From Candidatus Saccharimonadota bacterium (lineage in GTDB: Bacteria; Bacteroidota; Bacteroidia; Flavobacteriales; Blattabacteriaceae), in contig NZ_CP021172.1 in the NCBI RefSeq assembly GCF_002243425.1, positions 90,001 to 122,000 of the forward strand: DNA of 32,000 nt, read 5' to 3'. Position 1 is the first letter of the stretch; every line of letters begins with the position of its first letter. The notes under the pieces are model-generated. The model made no database searches. It was given only the letters and a program-made list of their open reading frames with translations, and was not told the origin of the DNA. This document shows positions 1 to 10,700 of this stretch, piece by piece. Both the position numbers and the translations under genes were made by a program.

Positions 1-1
1 T

Positions 2-2839
2 AGTCAAAAGCAATCTACTCCTATAGGAAAAGGTAGAGGATTTCGTTTTGGATTTCCAAATAAAGAATTTTATTTTAAAAATAAAAATAAAATGTATAAT
101 CTTTTTTCAGATTTACCTGAAGCATTTGATAATTTAAAAGAATTAATAGAAAAAGTAGAATTTTATGACATTACAAATAAAATTTTATTACCAAAATTTT
201 CTATTCCAAAGATATGGATAAAAAAATATTGTATAAAGAATAATTATGAAAATGAATATTTAAGGTATTTAACCTATAAAGGAGCTAAAACAAAATATTT
301 ATATATAAATGATATAATCAAAAAAAAAATTGAATTTGAACTTGAGACTATAAAAAAAATAGGATATCCGGGATACTTTCTTATAGTACAAGATTTGATT
401 TGTAAAGCAAAAAATATAGGTGTTGAAGTAGGACCTGGAAGAGGTTCTGTTGCTGGATCTGTTGTTGCTTATTGTCTAGGTATAACTAATATAGATCCAA
501 TAAAATATAATCTTCTTTTTGAAAGATTTTTAAATCCTGATCGTATATCTCTACCTGATATTGATATTGATTTTGATGATAAAGGTCGTGAAAAAATAAT
601 AGAATGGGTAGTTAATAAATATGGTAAAAATAAAGTTGCTCAAATAATAACATATGGAAAAATGGGAGCAAAATCTTCAATAAGAGATACGGCTCGTGTT
701 TTAAATCTTCCTTTATTAGAAACAGATAACATTGCAAAAATTGTACCTAATATATCTCTAAAAGAGATAATAAAAAAAAATATCAAATATTTAAAAAAAA
801 AATTAAATTCTGAAGAATTAGAAAATGTAATAAAATTAAAAAAAATTTTTAAAGAAAAAAAAACTTTACAGTCTAAAATACTTAAACAAGCTATGGTAAT
901 TGAAGGTTCTGTTAGAAATACTGGAATTCATGCATGTGGAATAATAATAACACCTTCAGATATTAAAAAATATATACCTGTATCTACAACAAAATATTCT
1001 AATCTTTTATTAACTCAATTTGATAATGATGTTGTAGAAAAAGTGGGGTTATTAAAAATGGATTTTTTAGGATTAAAAACGCTTACTATAATTAAAGATA
1101 CATTATATCTAATTCAAATACATCTTGATGAGGTTAATCTTTATGATGTTAAAACTTATAAATTATTTAATAAGGGAGAAACAGTTGCTGTTTTTCAATA
1201 TGAATCTCCTGGTATGCAAAAATATCTTAGAAGGTTAAAACCAGATAAATTTGATGATTTAATAGCTATGAATGCTTTATATCGTCCGGGCCCTATGCAG
1301 TATATTACTAATTTTATAGCCCGTAAACATGGACTTGAAAAAAGATCTTATGATCTTCCTGAGCTTAAAGAATTTTTAGAAGAAACTTATGGAATTACAG
1401 TTTATCAAGAACAAGTTATGTTGATTTCACAAAAAATCTCTGGATTTAGTCAAGGAGATGCAGATCTTTTAAGAAAAGCTATAGGGAAAAAAGACAAAGA
1501 TGTATTAATAAATATAAAACAAAAATTTATTGATGGTGGTATAAATAATGGTTATTCAAAAAATATTTTAGAAAAAATCTGGAAAGATTGGAAATCTTTT
1601 GCTTCATATGCTTTTAATAAATCTCATTCTACATGTTATTCATATATAGCTTTTAAAACAGCATATCTAAAAGCACATTATCCAGCTGAATATATGGCTT
1701 CAGTATTAAGCAATAATATGCAAAATTTAAAAAATATTACTTTTTTTATTGAAGAATGTAAACGTATGGGAGTAATAGTACTTGGACCAGATATAAATGA
1801 AAGTAATTATAAATTTACTGTTAATAAAATGGGATATATCCGTTTTGGAATGGGGGCTATTAAGGGTATAGGAAAATATTCTGTTAATTCTATTATTAAA
1901 GAAAGAAAACTAATTAATAGATATAATTCTATATTTTGCTTAATAAAAAATGTTGATTTACGATTAGTTAATAAAAAAGTTTTAGAAAATTTAGTTTTAT
2001 CAGGAGCTTTTGATAATTTTAAAAAAAAAATACATAGATCTCAATATTTTTATGAAGAAAATGGATCAAATATGATAGAAAAAATTATAAAATTTGGGGT
2101 AAAATATAAAAATATAAAAATAAATATGAAAAATTCACTTTTTAGTAATGTTAAAGATATAGAAATATTAGAACCAAAATTTAAAAATTGTAAAAAATGG
2201 AATAATATTGATCTTTTAAAGAAAGAAAAGGAAGTAATAGGAATGTATCTAACTTCTCATCCATTGAATGAGTATGTTTATGAAACAAAATATTTTACTA
2301 ATGCTTCATTATATGATATAAATCATAATAAAGAAAAAATTCTTGGAAAGAAAATTAATATATGTGGAATAATATCTAAATCATTACATAGAATATCAAA
2401 AAATAATAAAAAATACATAATCTTTCTTCTAGAAGATATTAAATCTAATAAGGAATTTAAACTAATTAGAGATAATTATGAAAAATATAAAAATTTAATA
2501 TATGAAAATAATCTAATATACATGAGTTTATATATTAAAAGAATTAAAAATAAAGAAATATTTATTAAAATATTAAAAATATTAAATATTAATAAAGTAT
2601 TAAAACTATTAACTTCTAGTATAGAGATTATTATTGAAATAAATTATTTAAATAATGATTTAATCAAAAAATTAAAAAATTTAATTTTAAAAAATTTAGG
2701 AAGTCAAAAATTATATATATCAATATATGATAATAAAAAAAAAATAAAATATTTATCAAAACAATATTTGATAAATATAAATCATAATTTGTTAGAAAAC
2801 CTTAGTAAGGAATATAAAATAAAATTTAAATTAAAATAA
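2..2839 (+). CDS. dnaE: DNA polymerase III alpha subunit (DnaE), 5'-truncated by the window edge
   Basis: The frame of the 92..2839 ORF stays open back to nt 2 (SQKQSTPIGKGRGFRFGFPNKEFYFKNKNK before the listed Met). That stretch aligns with the internal DnaE segment preceding the conserved LF.DLPEA motif. Downstream DnaE hallmarks are present: GYPGYFLIVQD, GPGRGSVAGS, PDIDIDF, NALYRPGP, FNKSHS. The true start lies upstream of the window. The C-terminal ~150 aa are I/K/N low-complexity. Confidence 0.95.
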   Translation, partial: SQKQSTPIGKGRGFRFGFPNKEFYFKNKNKMYNLFSDLPEAFDNLKELIEKVEFYDITNKILLPKFSIPKIWIKKYCIKNNYENEYLRYLTYKGAKTKYLYINDIIKKKIEFELETIKKIGYPGYFLIVQDLICKAKNIGVEVGPGRGSVAGSVVAYCLGITNIDPIKYNLLFERFLNPDRISLPDIDIDFDDKGREKIIEWVVNKYGKNKVAQIITYGKMGAKSSIRDTARVLNLPLLETDNIAKIVPNISLKEIIKKNIKYLKKKLNSEELENVIKLKKIFKEKKTLQSKILKQAMVIEGSVRNTGIHACGIIITPSDIKKYIPVSTTKYSNLLLTQFDNDVVEKVGLLKMDFLGLKTLTIIKDTLYLIQIHLDEVNLYDVKTYKLFNKGETVAVFQYESPGMQKYLRRLKPDKFDDLIAMNALYRPGPMQYITNFIARKHGLEKRSYDLPELKEFLEETYGITVYQEQVMLISQKISGFSQGDADLLRKAIGKKDKDVLINIKQKFIDGGINNGYSKNILEKIWKDWKSFASYAFNKSHSTCYSYIAFKTAYLKAHYPAEYMASVLSNNMQNLKNITFFIEECKRMGVIVLGPDINESNYKFTVNKMGYIRFGMGAIKGIGKYSVNSIIKERKLINRYNSIFCLIKNVDLRLVNKKVLENLVLSGAFDNFKKKIHRSQYFYEENGSNMIEKIIKFGVKYKNIKINMKNSLFSNVKDIEILEPKFKNCKKWNNIDLLKKEKEVIGMYLTSHPLNEYVYETKYFTNASLYDINHNKEKILGKKINICGIISKSLHRISKNNKKYIIFLLEDIKSNKEFKLIRDNYEKYKNLIYENNLIYMSLYIKRIKNKEIFIKILKILNINKVLKLLTSSIEIIIEINYLNNDLIKKLKNLILKNLGSQKLYISIYDNKKKIKYLSKQYLININHNLLENLSKEYKIKFKLK

Positions 2840-2862
2840 AAAGTACTGTTTTTTTATAATCA

Positions 2863-4602
2863 ATGAAAATAACAGTTAGAATAGCTAATTCTGATGATAA
2901 AAAGTATGCTTCTATTATCTGTAAAGAAATAGAGTCTTCTGCTAAAGTTAGAGGAACTGGTATATCTAAAAGAGATCCTGAATATATAAAAAAAAAAATG
3001 GGTGATGGATTTTCTGTTATAGCATTTTTTAATGGAGATTTAGCAGGATTTAGTTACTTTGAAGTATTTGAAAATAAAAATTTTTTATCTAATTCTGGAC
3101 TTATTGTATTTCCTAAATACAGATTACACGGATTAGCTAAAATGATCAAATTAGAAATATTTAAATTATCAAAAAAAATATTTCCGAATTCAAAAATATT
3201 TAGTATTACGACTAGTCCTGCAGTAATAAAGATTAATACAGATTTAGGTTTTCATCCTGTATTATTTAGTGATTTAACTAAATCTAAAAAATTTTGGAAA
3301 GGATGTAAAAGTTGTACTAATTATGATATTCTTATTAGAAATAAAAAAAAAATGTGTTTATGTACAGGATTATTATATGATCCTAAAAAAAAAATAAATT
3401 TAAATAATTATTTAAATAAAGGAGATAAAATCTTATTAGCATATAGTGGTGGTTTAGATACTTCATATTGTTTAAAATATTTAACTAATGAAGGATATAA
3501 AGTAATAACTATTATAATTAATACTGGAGTATTTAATAATAAAGATCTTGAATCAATTGAAAAGAGAGCTATAAATATAGGAGCTATATCTCATTATTCT
3601 ATAAATGCTAAAGAATACTTTTATTATAAATGTATAAAATATTTAGTATATGGAAATATACTTAAAAATAATACATATCCTTTATCTGTTAGTTCAGAAA
3701 GATTTTTTCAAGCTATTTTAATTGCTGAATTTGCTAAAAAATTAAAAGTTAAAGCTATTTCTCATGGAAGTACAGGAGCAGGAAATGATCAAGTTAGATT
3801 TGATTTAGCATTTAAAATTTTATGTCCTGATAAAATTATAGTTACTCCAATCAGGGATATGAAATTATCTAGAAAAGAAGAAGTTTTTTTTTTAAAAAGT
3901 AAAGGTGTAAAAATTTCTTGGAAGAAAGCTAAATATTCTATTAATAAAGGTATTTGGGGTACTAGTATAGGAGGAGAAGAAACATTAAAATCATCAACAT
4001 CATTACCTGAAAAAGCTTATCCTACAAAATTATCTGAATATTATAAAAAAATAATAGAATTAAAATTTAAAAAAGGAGAATTATTCTCTGTTAATAATAT
4101 TAAAGATTTACAAATCAACAATATTATAAAACTTGAGAAAATATCGTCTAAATTTGCAATAGGTAGAGATTTCCATGTTGGAGATACTATACTTGGAATA
4201 AAGGGTAGAGTAGGATTTGAAGCGTCTGCTGCTTTATTAATAATAAAAGCACATAAACTTTTAGAAAAACATATTTTAACTAAATGGCAAATTTATTGTA
4301 AAGAGCAATTATCAACTTGGTATGGAAATTTATTACATGAAGCACAATATTTAGATCCTATTATGCGTGATATTGAATGTTTTTTTAAAAATACTCAAAA
4401 ACGAGTAAGTGGAAAAGTAAAAATATTATTATATCCATATAGATTTGAATTAATAGGTATTGAATCAAATTTTGATATGATGAAATCTAAAATTGCTAAA
4501 TATGGTGAAATTAATAATGAGTGGACTAGTGATGAGGTTAAAGGATTTATTAAAATTTTTGGTAATCAAATGAAAATTTATCATAATATAAAAAAAATAT
4601 GA
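2863..4602 (+). CDS. argG: Fusion protein: N-terminal GNAT-family acyltransferase (arg-cluster type, putative N-acylglutamate synthase) plus argininosuccinate synthase
   Basis: One uninterrupted 579-aa ORF. Residues ~1-175 look GNAT-like and carry a Cys-rich tail (FWKGCKSCTNY...CLCTG). Residues ~190-579 are ArgG, with the N-type ATP-pyrophosphatase motif LLAYSGGLDTS and HGSTGAGNDQVRF. No ATG lies between the two domains. Confidence 0.85.
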   Translation: MKITVRIANSDDKKYASIICKEIESSAKVRGTGISKRDPEYIKKKMGDGFSVIAFFNGDLAGFSYFEVFENKNFLSNSGLIVFPKYRLHGLAKMIKLEIFKLSKKIFPNSKIFSITTSPAVIKINTDLGFHPVLFSDLTKSKKFWKGCKSCTNYDILIRNKKKMCLCTGLLYDPKKKINLNNYLNKGDKILLAYSGGLDTSYCLKYLTNEGYKVITIIINTGVFNNKDLESIEKRAINIGAISHYSINAKEYFYYKCIKYLVYGNILKNNTYPLSVSSERFFQAILIAEFAKKLKVKAISHGSTGAGNDQVRFDLAFKILCPDKIIVTPIRDMKLSRKEEVFFLKSKGVKISWKKAKYSINKGIWGTSIGGEETLKSSTSLPEKAYPTKLSEYYKKIIELKFKKGELFSVNNIKDLQINNIIKLEKISSKFAIGRDFHVGDTILGIKGRVGFEASAALLIIKAHKLLEKHILTKWQIYCKEQLSTWYGNLLHEAQYLDPIMRDIECFFKNTQKRVSGKVKILLYPYRFELIGIESNFDMMKSKIAKYGEINNEWTSDEVKGFIKIFGNQMKIYHNIKKI

Positions 4603-5576
4603 TTAAAATAGGAATTATTGGTGGTGCTGGATATACTGCAAATGAATTAATTAAAATTCTTATTAATCATCCAAAAGTTGAAATAAAAACTATAGTTAGT
4701 ACTACTTATCCAGGTATTCCTATAGGATCTATACATAAAGATCTGATAGGTGAAATTAAAAGTAATAAACTATTTAGTAGTGAAATTACTGATGAGATTG
4801 ACTTATTATTTCTTTGTGTAGGTCATGGACATTCAAAAAAAATATTAAAAAATATTTCTTATAAAATAAATGTAATAGATTTGAGTAATGATTTTAGAAT
4901 CAATAAAAATTTTTTCTTTAAAAAAAGAATTTTTAATTATGGTTTACCTGAATTAAATAAAAATATTATAAATAAATATAATAATATTGCTAATCCAGGC
5001 TGTTTTGCAACAGCTATACAATTATCAATATTACCTCTTGCAAAAAGAAAATTATTAAAAAATAATATACATATTAGTGCTATAACTGGATCTACTGGTG
5101 CCGGTAGAATTAATAATTCAAAATTAAATTTTAGTTTTAGAAATAATAATATATCAACATATAATTTATTTAATCATAATCATATAAATGAAGTTATACA
5201 AACTATAAATAAATTACAAAATAAATATGATGGAAAAATTTATTTTATACCATATAGAGGAGGATTTTCTAGAGGAATAATATCAACATTATATACTAGG
5301 ATAGATATTTCATTTGAAGAAGTAAAAAATATTTATGATAAATTTTATAAAAATGATCCTTTTATTTTTCTTTCTGAAAAAGAAATTCACTTAAAACAAG
5401 TTATAAATACCAATAAATGTATTTTAAATTTAAAATACATTAAAAATAAACTAATAATCACTAGTATAATTGATAATCTTATAAAAGGAGCTTCCGGACA
5501 AGCTGTTCAAAATATGAATATTATGTATAATTTTGAAGAAACCTGTGGGTTAAAATTAAAACCTCTGGGATTATAA
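4599..5576 (+). CDS. argC: N-acyl-gamma-glutamyl-phosphate reductase
   Basis: N-terminal Rossmann motif IGIIGGAGYTANEL and active-site Cys context NPGCFATA. The 325-aa length is typical. ATGA overlap with argG. Confidence 0.9.
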   Translation: MIKIGIIGGAGYTANELIKILINHPKVEIKTIVSTTYPGIPIGSIHKDLIGEIKSNKLFSSEITDEIDLLFLCVGHGHSKKILKNISYKINVIDLSNDFRINKNFFFKKRIFNYGLPELNKNIINKYNNIANPGCFATAIQLSILPLAKRKLLKNNIHISAITGSTGAGRINNSKLNFSFRNNNISTYNLFNHNHINEVIQTINKLQNKYDGKIYFIPYRGGFSRGIISTLYTRIDISFEEVKNIYDKFYKNDPFIFLSEKEIHLKQVINTNKCILNLKYIKNKLIITSIIDNLIKGASGQAVQNMNIMYNFEETCGLKLKPLGL

Positions 5577-6721
5577 TGAATTTATTCAATGTTTATTCTA
5601 ATGAAGATATAGAAATAATTAAAGGTAGAGGAATATATATTTATGATAAATATAATAAAAAATATTTTGATTTTTATGGTGGACATGCTGTAATTTCAAT
5701 TGGTCATTCTCATCCTAGATACGTAAATAATCTAAAAAAACAGATAAAGAAAATTTCTTTTTATTCTAATTCTATAAAAATACCTGAACAAGAAAAATTA
5801 GCTAGTCTGCTACTAGATATATCAGGGTATTATGATTATAAAGTTTTTTTATGTAATTCTGGAGCAGAAGCAAATGAAAATGCTCTTAAAATTGCGTCTT
5901 TTCATAACAACAAAAAAAAAATAATAGCATTTAAAAAATCTTTTCATGGACGTACTAGTGGAGCTATTTCAATTACAGATAATAATAAAATTATTACTAA
6001 ATTTAATTTACAACATAAAGTAAAATTTATTGATTATAAAAATCTCTATTTATTAGAAGAAGAATTAAAAAAACAAGATATTTGTGCTGTTATTTCAGAA
6101 GGAATACAAGGTATAGGAGGTATAATTGATCCAGGGATGTTTGTTTTTAACAAAATAGATTTTTTATGTCGTAAATATAATACTATTTTTATAGTAGATG
6201 AAATACAAAGTGGTTATGGTAGAACAGGATTATTTTTTGCCCATCAAAATTCTGGTATTAAACCAGATATAATTACTATTGCTAAAGGTATGGGAAATGG
6301 ATTTCCTGTCGGAGGAGTAATTATAAATCCTAAATTTAAACCATTTAATGGAATGTTAGGAACTACATTTGGCGGGAACTATTTAGCTTGTTCTTCTGGA
6401 ATTTCTGTTTTAGAAATTATAAAAAATGAATGTCTTATATCTAATGCAAAAAAAATGGGAGAAATATTTATTAATTCTTTAAAAGAGATTGATGAAATTA
6501 AAGAAATAAGAGGAAAAGGTCTTATGCTTGGGCTTAATTTTAATTTTAAAGTAAAAAAATTAATAAATATTTTATTAAAAAAAGAAAAAATTTTTGTAGG
6601 ATATTCTTTAGATAAAAATATAATAAGATTATTACCTCCTCTTACTATAAAAGAAAAACATATAAAAACCTTTATTATAAGATTAAAAAAAGCATTGTAT
6701 TTTTTAAAAAATGATAAATAA
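5576..6721 (+). CDS. argD: Acyl-ornithine aminotransferase (class III PLP aminotransferase)
   Basis: Motifs GGHAVISIGHSHP, NSGAEANE, DEIQSGYGRTG and the PLP-lysine context DIITIAKGMGNG. One-nt TAATG overlap with argC. Confidence 0.9.
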   Translation: MNLFNVYSNEDIEIIKGRGIYIYDKYNKKYFDFYGGHAVISIGHSHPRYVNNLKKQIKKISFYSNSIKIPEQEKLASLLLDISGYYDYKVFLCNSGAEANENALKIASFHNNKKKIIAFKKSFHGRTSGAISITDNNKIITKFNLQHKVKFIDYKNLYLLEEELKKQDICAVISEGIQGIGGIIDPGMFVFNKIDFLCRKYNTIFIVDEIQSGYGRTGLFFAHQNSGIKPDIITIAKGMGNGFPVGGVIINPKFKPFNGMLGTTFGGNYLACSSGISVLEIIKNECLISNAKKMGEIFINSLKEIDEIKEIRGKGLMLGLNFNFKVKKLINILLKKEKIFVGYSLDKNIIRLLPPLTIKEKHIKTFIIRLKKALYFLKNDK

Positions 6722-7787
6722 AAATGCAAAATTGATTTTGGAGGATGGTAGTATTTATGAAGCTTATAGTTTTGGTTATGAAAAATCCTCAGCTGGAGAA
6801 ATAGTTTTTAATACCTCAATGACTGGTTATAATGAAAGTTTAACTGATCCTTCTTATCAAGGACAAATATTAGTTTGTACTTATCCATTAATTGGAAATT
6901 ATGGAATTCCTCCAATAATTTCAGAAAAAAAAAATATCAAAAAATTTTTTGAATCAAATAATATTCATGTTTCTGGATTAATTACATCTTATTATTCAGA
7001 TTATGCATTCCACTGGAATATGTATAAAAAATTATCATATTTTTTAAAAATAAATAAGACAGTAGGTATCTATGGAATAGATACAAGATCACTTACAAAA
7101 AAACTTAGAGATAAAGGAACTATGTTAGGAAAAATAATTATCTCAGATAATGTAAAATTTTATAATCCAGATAACTATAATTTAGTAGATAAGGTATCTA
7201 TAAAAAAAAAAACAATATATGGAGATGGAAAACATAAAATTTTGCTTATAGATTGTGGGGTAAAAAATAATATTATTAGATGTTTTTTAGAAAGAGATTG
7301 CACTGTAATAAGAGTTCCTTGGAATTATAATTTTCTAAATGAAGAATATGATGGTTTATTTATTTCTAATGGTCCAGGAAATCCAAAAGGATATCAAACT
7401 ACAATAAATAATATTAGTAAAGCTTTTATTTGTAATAAACCTATTTTTGGTATATGTTTAGGAAATCAATTATTAGGTCTTGCTGCTGGTTTTTCTACAC
7501 ATAAACTTAAATATGGTCATAGAAGTAATAATCAACCTGTCATTTTATCAGGAACTAATAGGTGTTTTATAACTTCACAAAATCATGGATATGTAATAGA
7601 TTCAAATAAAATTCAAAATGGATGGAAAATCTTTTTTAAAAATTTAAATGATAATACTTGTGAGGGATTAATAAATTATGATAAAAATTTGATTTCAGTT
7701 CAATTTCATCCTGAAGCATCAAGTGGACCTACTGATACTCAATTTCTTTTTGATGTATTTTTGAATTTTATAAAAACTAAGAAATGA
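6711..7787 (+). CDS. carA: Carbamoyl-phosphate synthase small (glutaminase) subunit
   Basis: N-terminus AKLILEDGSIYEAYSFG, nucleophile elbow GICLGNQLL, and the C-terminal SVQFHPEA triad region. Overlaps argD by 11 nt. Confidence 0.92.
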   Translation: MINKNAKLILEDGSIYEAYSFGYEKSSAGEIVFNTSMTGYNESLTDPSYQGQILVCTYPLIGNYGIPPIISEKKNIKKFFESNNIHVSGLITSYYSDYAFHWNMYKKLSYFLKINKTVGIYGIDTRSLTKKLRDKGTMLGKIIISDNVKFYNPDNYNLVDKVSIKKKTIYGDGKHKILLIDCGVKNNIIRCFLERDCTVIRVPWNYNFLNEEYDGLFISNGPGNPKGYQTTINNISKAFICNKPIFGICLGNQLLGLAAGFSTHKLKYGHRSNNQPVILSGTNRCFITSQNHGYVIDSNKIQNGWKIFFKNLNDNTCEGLINYDKNLISVQFHPEASSGPTDTQFLFDVFLNFIKTKK

Positions 7788-10700
7788 AATTAGAAAAAGT
7801 ATTAGTGATCGGCTCAGGTGCCTTAAAAATAGGAGAAGCAGGAGAATTTGATTATTCTGGAACACAAGCTTTAAAAGCTCTTAAAGAAGAAAAGATTTTT
7901 ACGATTTTAGTAAATCCTAATATAGCTACAGTTCAAACATCTGAAAAAATAGCTGATAAAATTTATTCATTACCTATTACACCTTTTTTTGTTGAAAAAA
8001 TAATAAAAAAAGAAAAACCACAAGGAATATTTATTTCATTTGGTGGGCAAACAGCTTTAAATTGTGGAATTGAATTATATAATTCTGGTGTGTTTAAAAA
8101 AAACAATGTAAAAGTTTTAGGAACTCCTATATCCTATATTATTAAAAGTGAAGATCGTGATATTTTTAGACAAATGTTAATTAATAGAGGCATAAATATA
8201 GCTAAAAGTATAGCTGTAAATTCTGTATCTGAGGCTATAGATGCATCTAATGAAATAGTATTTCCTTTAATAATTAGATCTGCTTATGCTCTGGGGGGCT
8301 TTGGTAGTGGATTTGCTAAAAATGTATATGAATTAAAAAAAATATCAAGTGTTGCATTATCTTATTCTTCTCAAATTCTTATAGAAGAATCTCTAAAAGG
8401 TTGGAAAGAAATTGAATATGAAGTTGTAAGAGATATTTATGATAATTGTATTACTGTATGTAATATGGAAAATATAGATCCTATAGGAATTCATACTGGA
8501 GATAGTATTGTAGTTGCTCCTTCTCAAACATTGAATAATATAGAATATAATAAATTACGATATATTGCTATAAAAATAGCTAGATATTTTAATATAATAG
8601 GTGAATGTAATGTTCAATTTGCTTTGTCTAATAATTCATATAAATATAATGTTATTGAGATAAATGCTCGTTTATCAAGATCAAGTGCTTTAGCTTCTAA
8701 AGCTACAGGATATCCTTTAGCTTTTATAGCTGCTAAATTAGCATTAGGATATGGATTACATGAATTAAAAAATACTGTAACTAAATTAACCTCTGCATTT
8801 TTTGAACCAGCTTTAGATTATATTGTTTGTAAAATACCCCGTTGGGATTTAAATAAATTTTATGGAGTATCTACTCAAATTGGGAGTAGTATGAAAAGTG
8901 TAGGTGAGTTAATGTCTATAGGAGGTTCGTTTGAAGAAGCTTTTCAAAAAGGACTTAGAATGTTAGATTTAGGGTTATATGGATTTATAAATCCATTTAA
9001 AAAGAAAAAAAAGATAAAATCAGTAATAAAGATTTTAAAATCTCCTAAATATAATAGAATAGAAGTTATTGAGGATGCATTTGAAAATGGATTATCAGTA
9101 GATAATATAACATATATTACAAATATAAATCCTTGGTTTATTTCTAGATTAGAAAATCTTTTTAAAACTAAAAAAAAAATAAAATATTATTATAATTTAA
9201 ATCATATTCCATATGAATTATTATATAAATCAAAAAAAAAAGGATTTTCAGATAATCAAATTGCAGGACTTATATCTTCATCAATTGATGAAGTACCTTC
9301 AATAGCAAAGATTATAAGAAATTATAGGAATAAAAAAAATATAATACCTTTTACAAAGCAAATTGATACATTAGCATCTGAATATCCATCAAAAACTAAT
9401 TATTTATATTTAACTTATAATGGAGAACATCATGATGTTTCGTATTCTGAAAAAAATAAATCAATTGTGATTTTAGGCTCAGGTGTATATAGAATTGGGA
9501 GTAGTGTTGAATTTGATTGGTGTTGTGTTAGTGTATTAGATTTTTTAAAAAAAGAAGGATATCGTTCAGTAATAATAAATTATAATCCAGAAACAGTAAG
9601 TACAGATTTTGATGTCTGCGATAGATTATATTTTGAAGAACTTAGTTTAGAAAGAGTATTAGATATAATAGAATTAGAAAATCCTGAAGGAACTGTTATC
9701 TCTATGGGGGGACAAATTCCAAATAATTTATCATTAAATCTTTATAAAAAAAAAGTAAAAATATTAGGTACTTCTCCAATTAATATAGATGAAGTAGAAG
9801 ATAGATATAAATTTTCTAAATTTCTAGATAAATTAGATATACTTCAACCAAAATGGAAAGAATTATCTAATATTTCTGATGTTTATAATTTTATTAAATT
9901 AGTAGGATTTCCTATTATTATAAGACCTTCTTATGTATTATCTGGAGCTGCTATGAATATAGTTTTTGATAAAAGTAATTTAGATTTCTGTTTAAAACAG
10001 GCTAAAACGATATCTCATAAATATCCTATAGTTATAACTAAATTTATAGAAAATGCAAAAGAAATAGAATTAGATGCTGTTGCTAATAATGGAAAAATTA
10101 TATATGATGCTATTTCAGAACATATAGAATATGCAGGTGTTCATTCTGGAGATGCAACATTAGTATATCCTCCTAAAAATATTTCATTAAATACTATAAA
10201 AAAAATAAAAAATATTTCAAAAAAAATATCTAAAAGATTGCAGATTTCAGGTCCATTTAATATACAATTTTTGTATAAAAAAAAAAAAATCCAAGTAATT
10301 GAATGTAACTTAAGAGCTTCAAGAAGTTTTCCTTTTATATCAAAAGTATCACATTTTAATATGGTAGAATTAGCTATGAAAGTACTTTTAAAATATAAAA
10401 AGTTTTATAAAAAAAAATATAATTTTTTAACAATTGATTATGTCGGTGTAAAATCTTCACAATTTTCCTTTTCTAGGCTTGAAGGGTCAGAACCAATCTT
10501 AGGTGTAGATATGGTTTCCACAGGTGAAGTAGGATGTTTAGGGTATACTTTTAATGAAGCTTTAATAAAATCTATGTTATCTGTTGGATATAATATACCA
10601 AAAAAAAATATATTTATTTATATAAATTCTATAAAAAATCTAAAAATAATGTTAAATTATATAAAATTATTAATTATAAATAATTATATTATTTTTTCTA

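Noticed and set aside
2500-2839. Low-complexity I/K/N-rich C-terminal tail of DnaE considered as a separate or foreign segment
   Set aside because: It is continuous in frame with the OB-fold region and occupies the position of the normal DnaE C-terminal domain. The compositional drift is typical of AT-biased endosymbiont proteins.
6379-6729. 116-aa minus-strand ORF antisense to the argD 3' end and the carA start
   Set aside because: It lies entirely inside well-supported plus-strand genes. The product is low-complexity (F/I/K/S rich) with no recognisable motif. Long antisense ORFs are expected by chance in AT-rich coding DNA with biased codon use.
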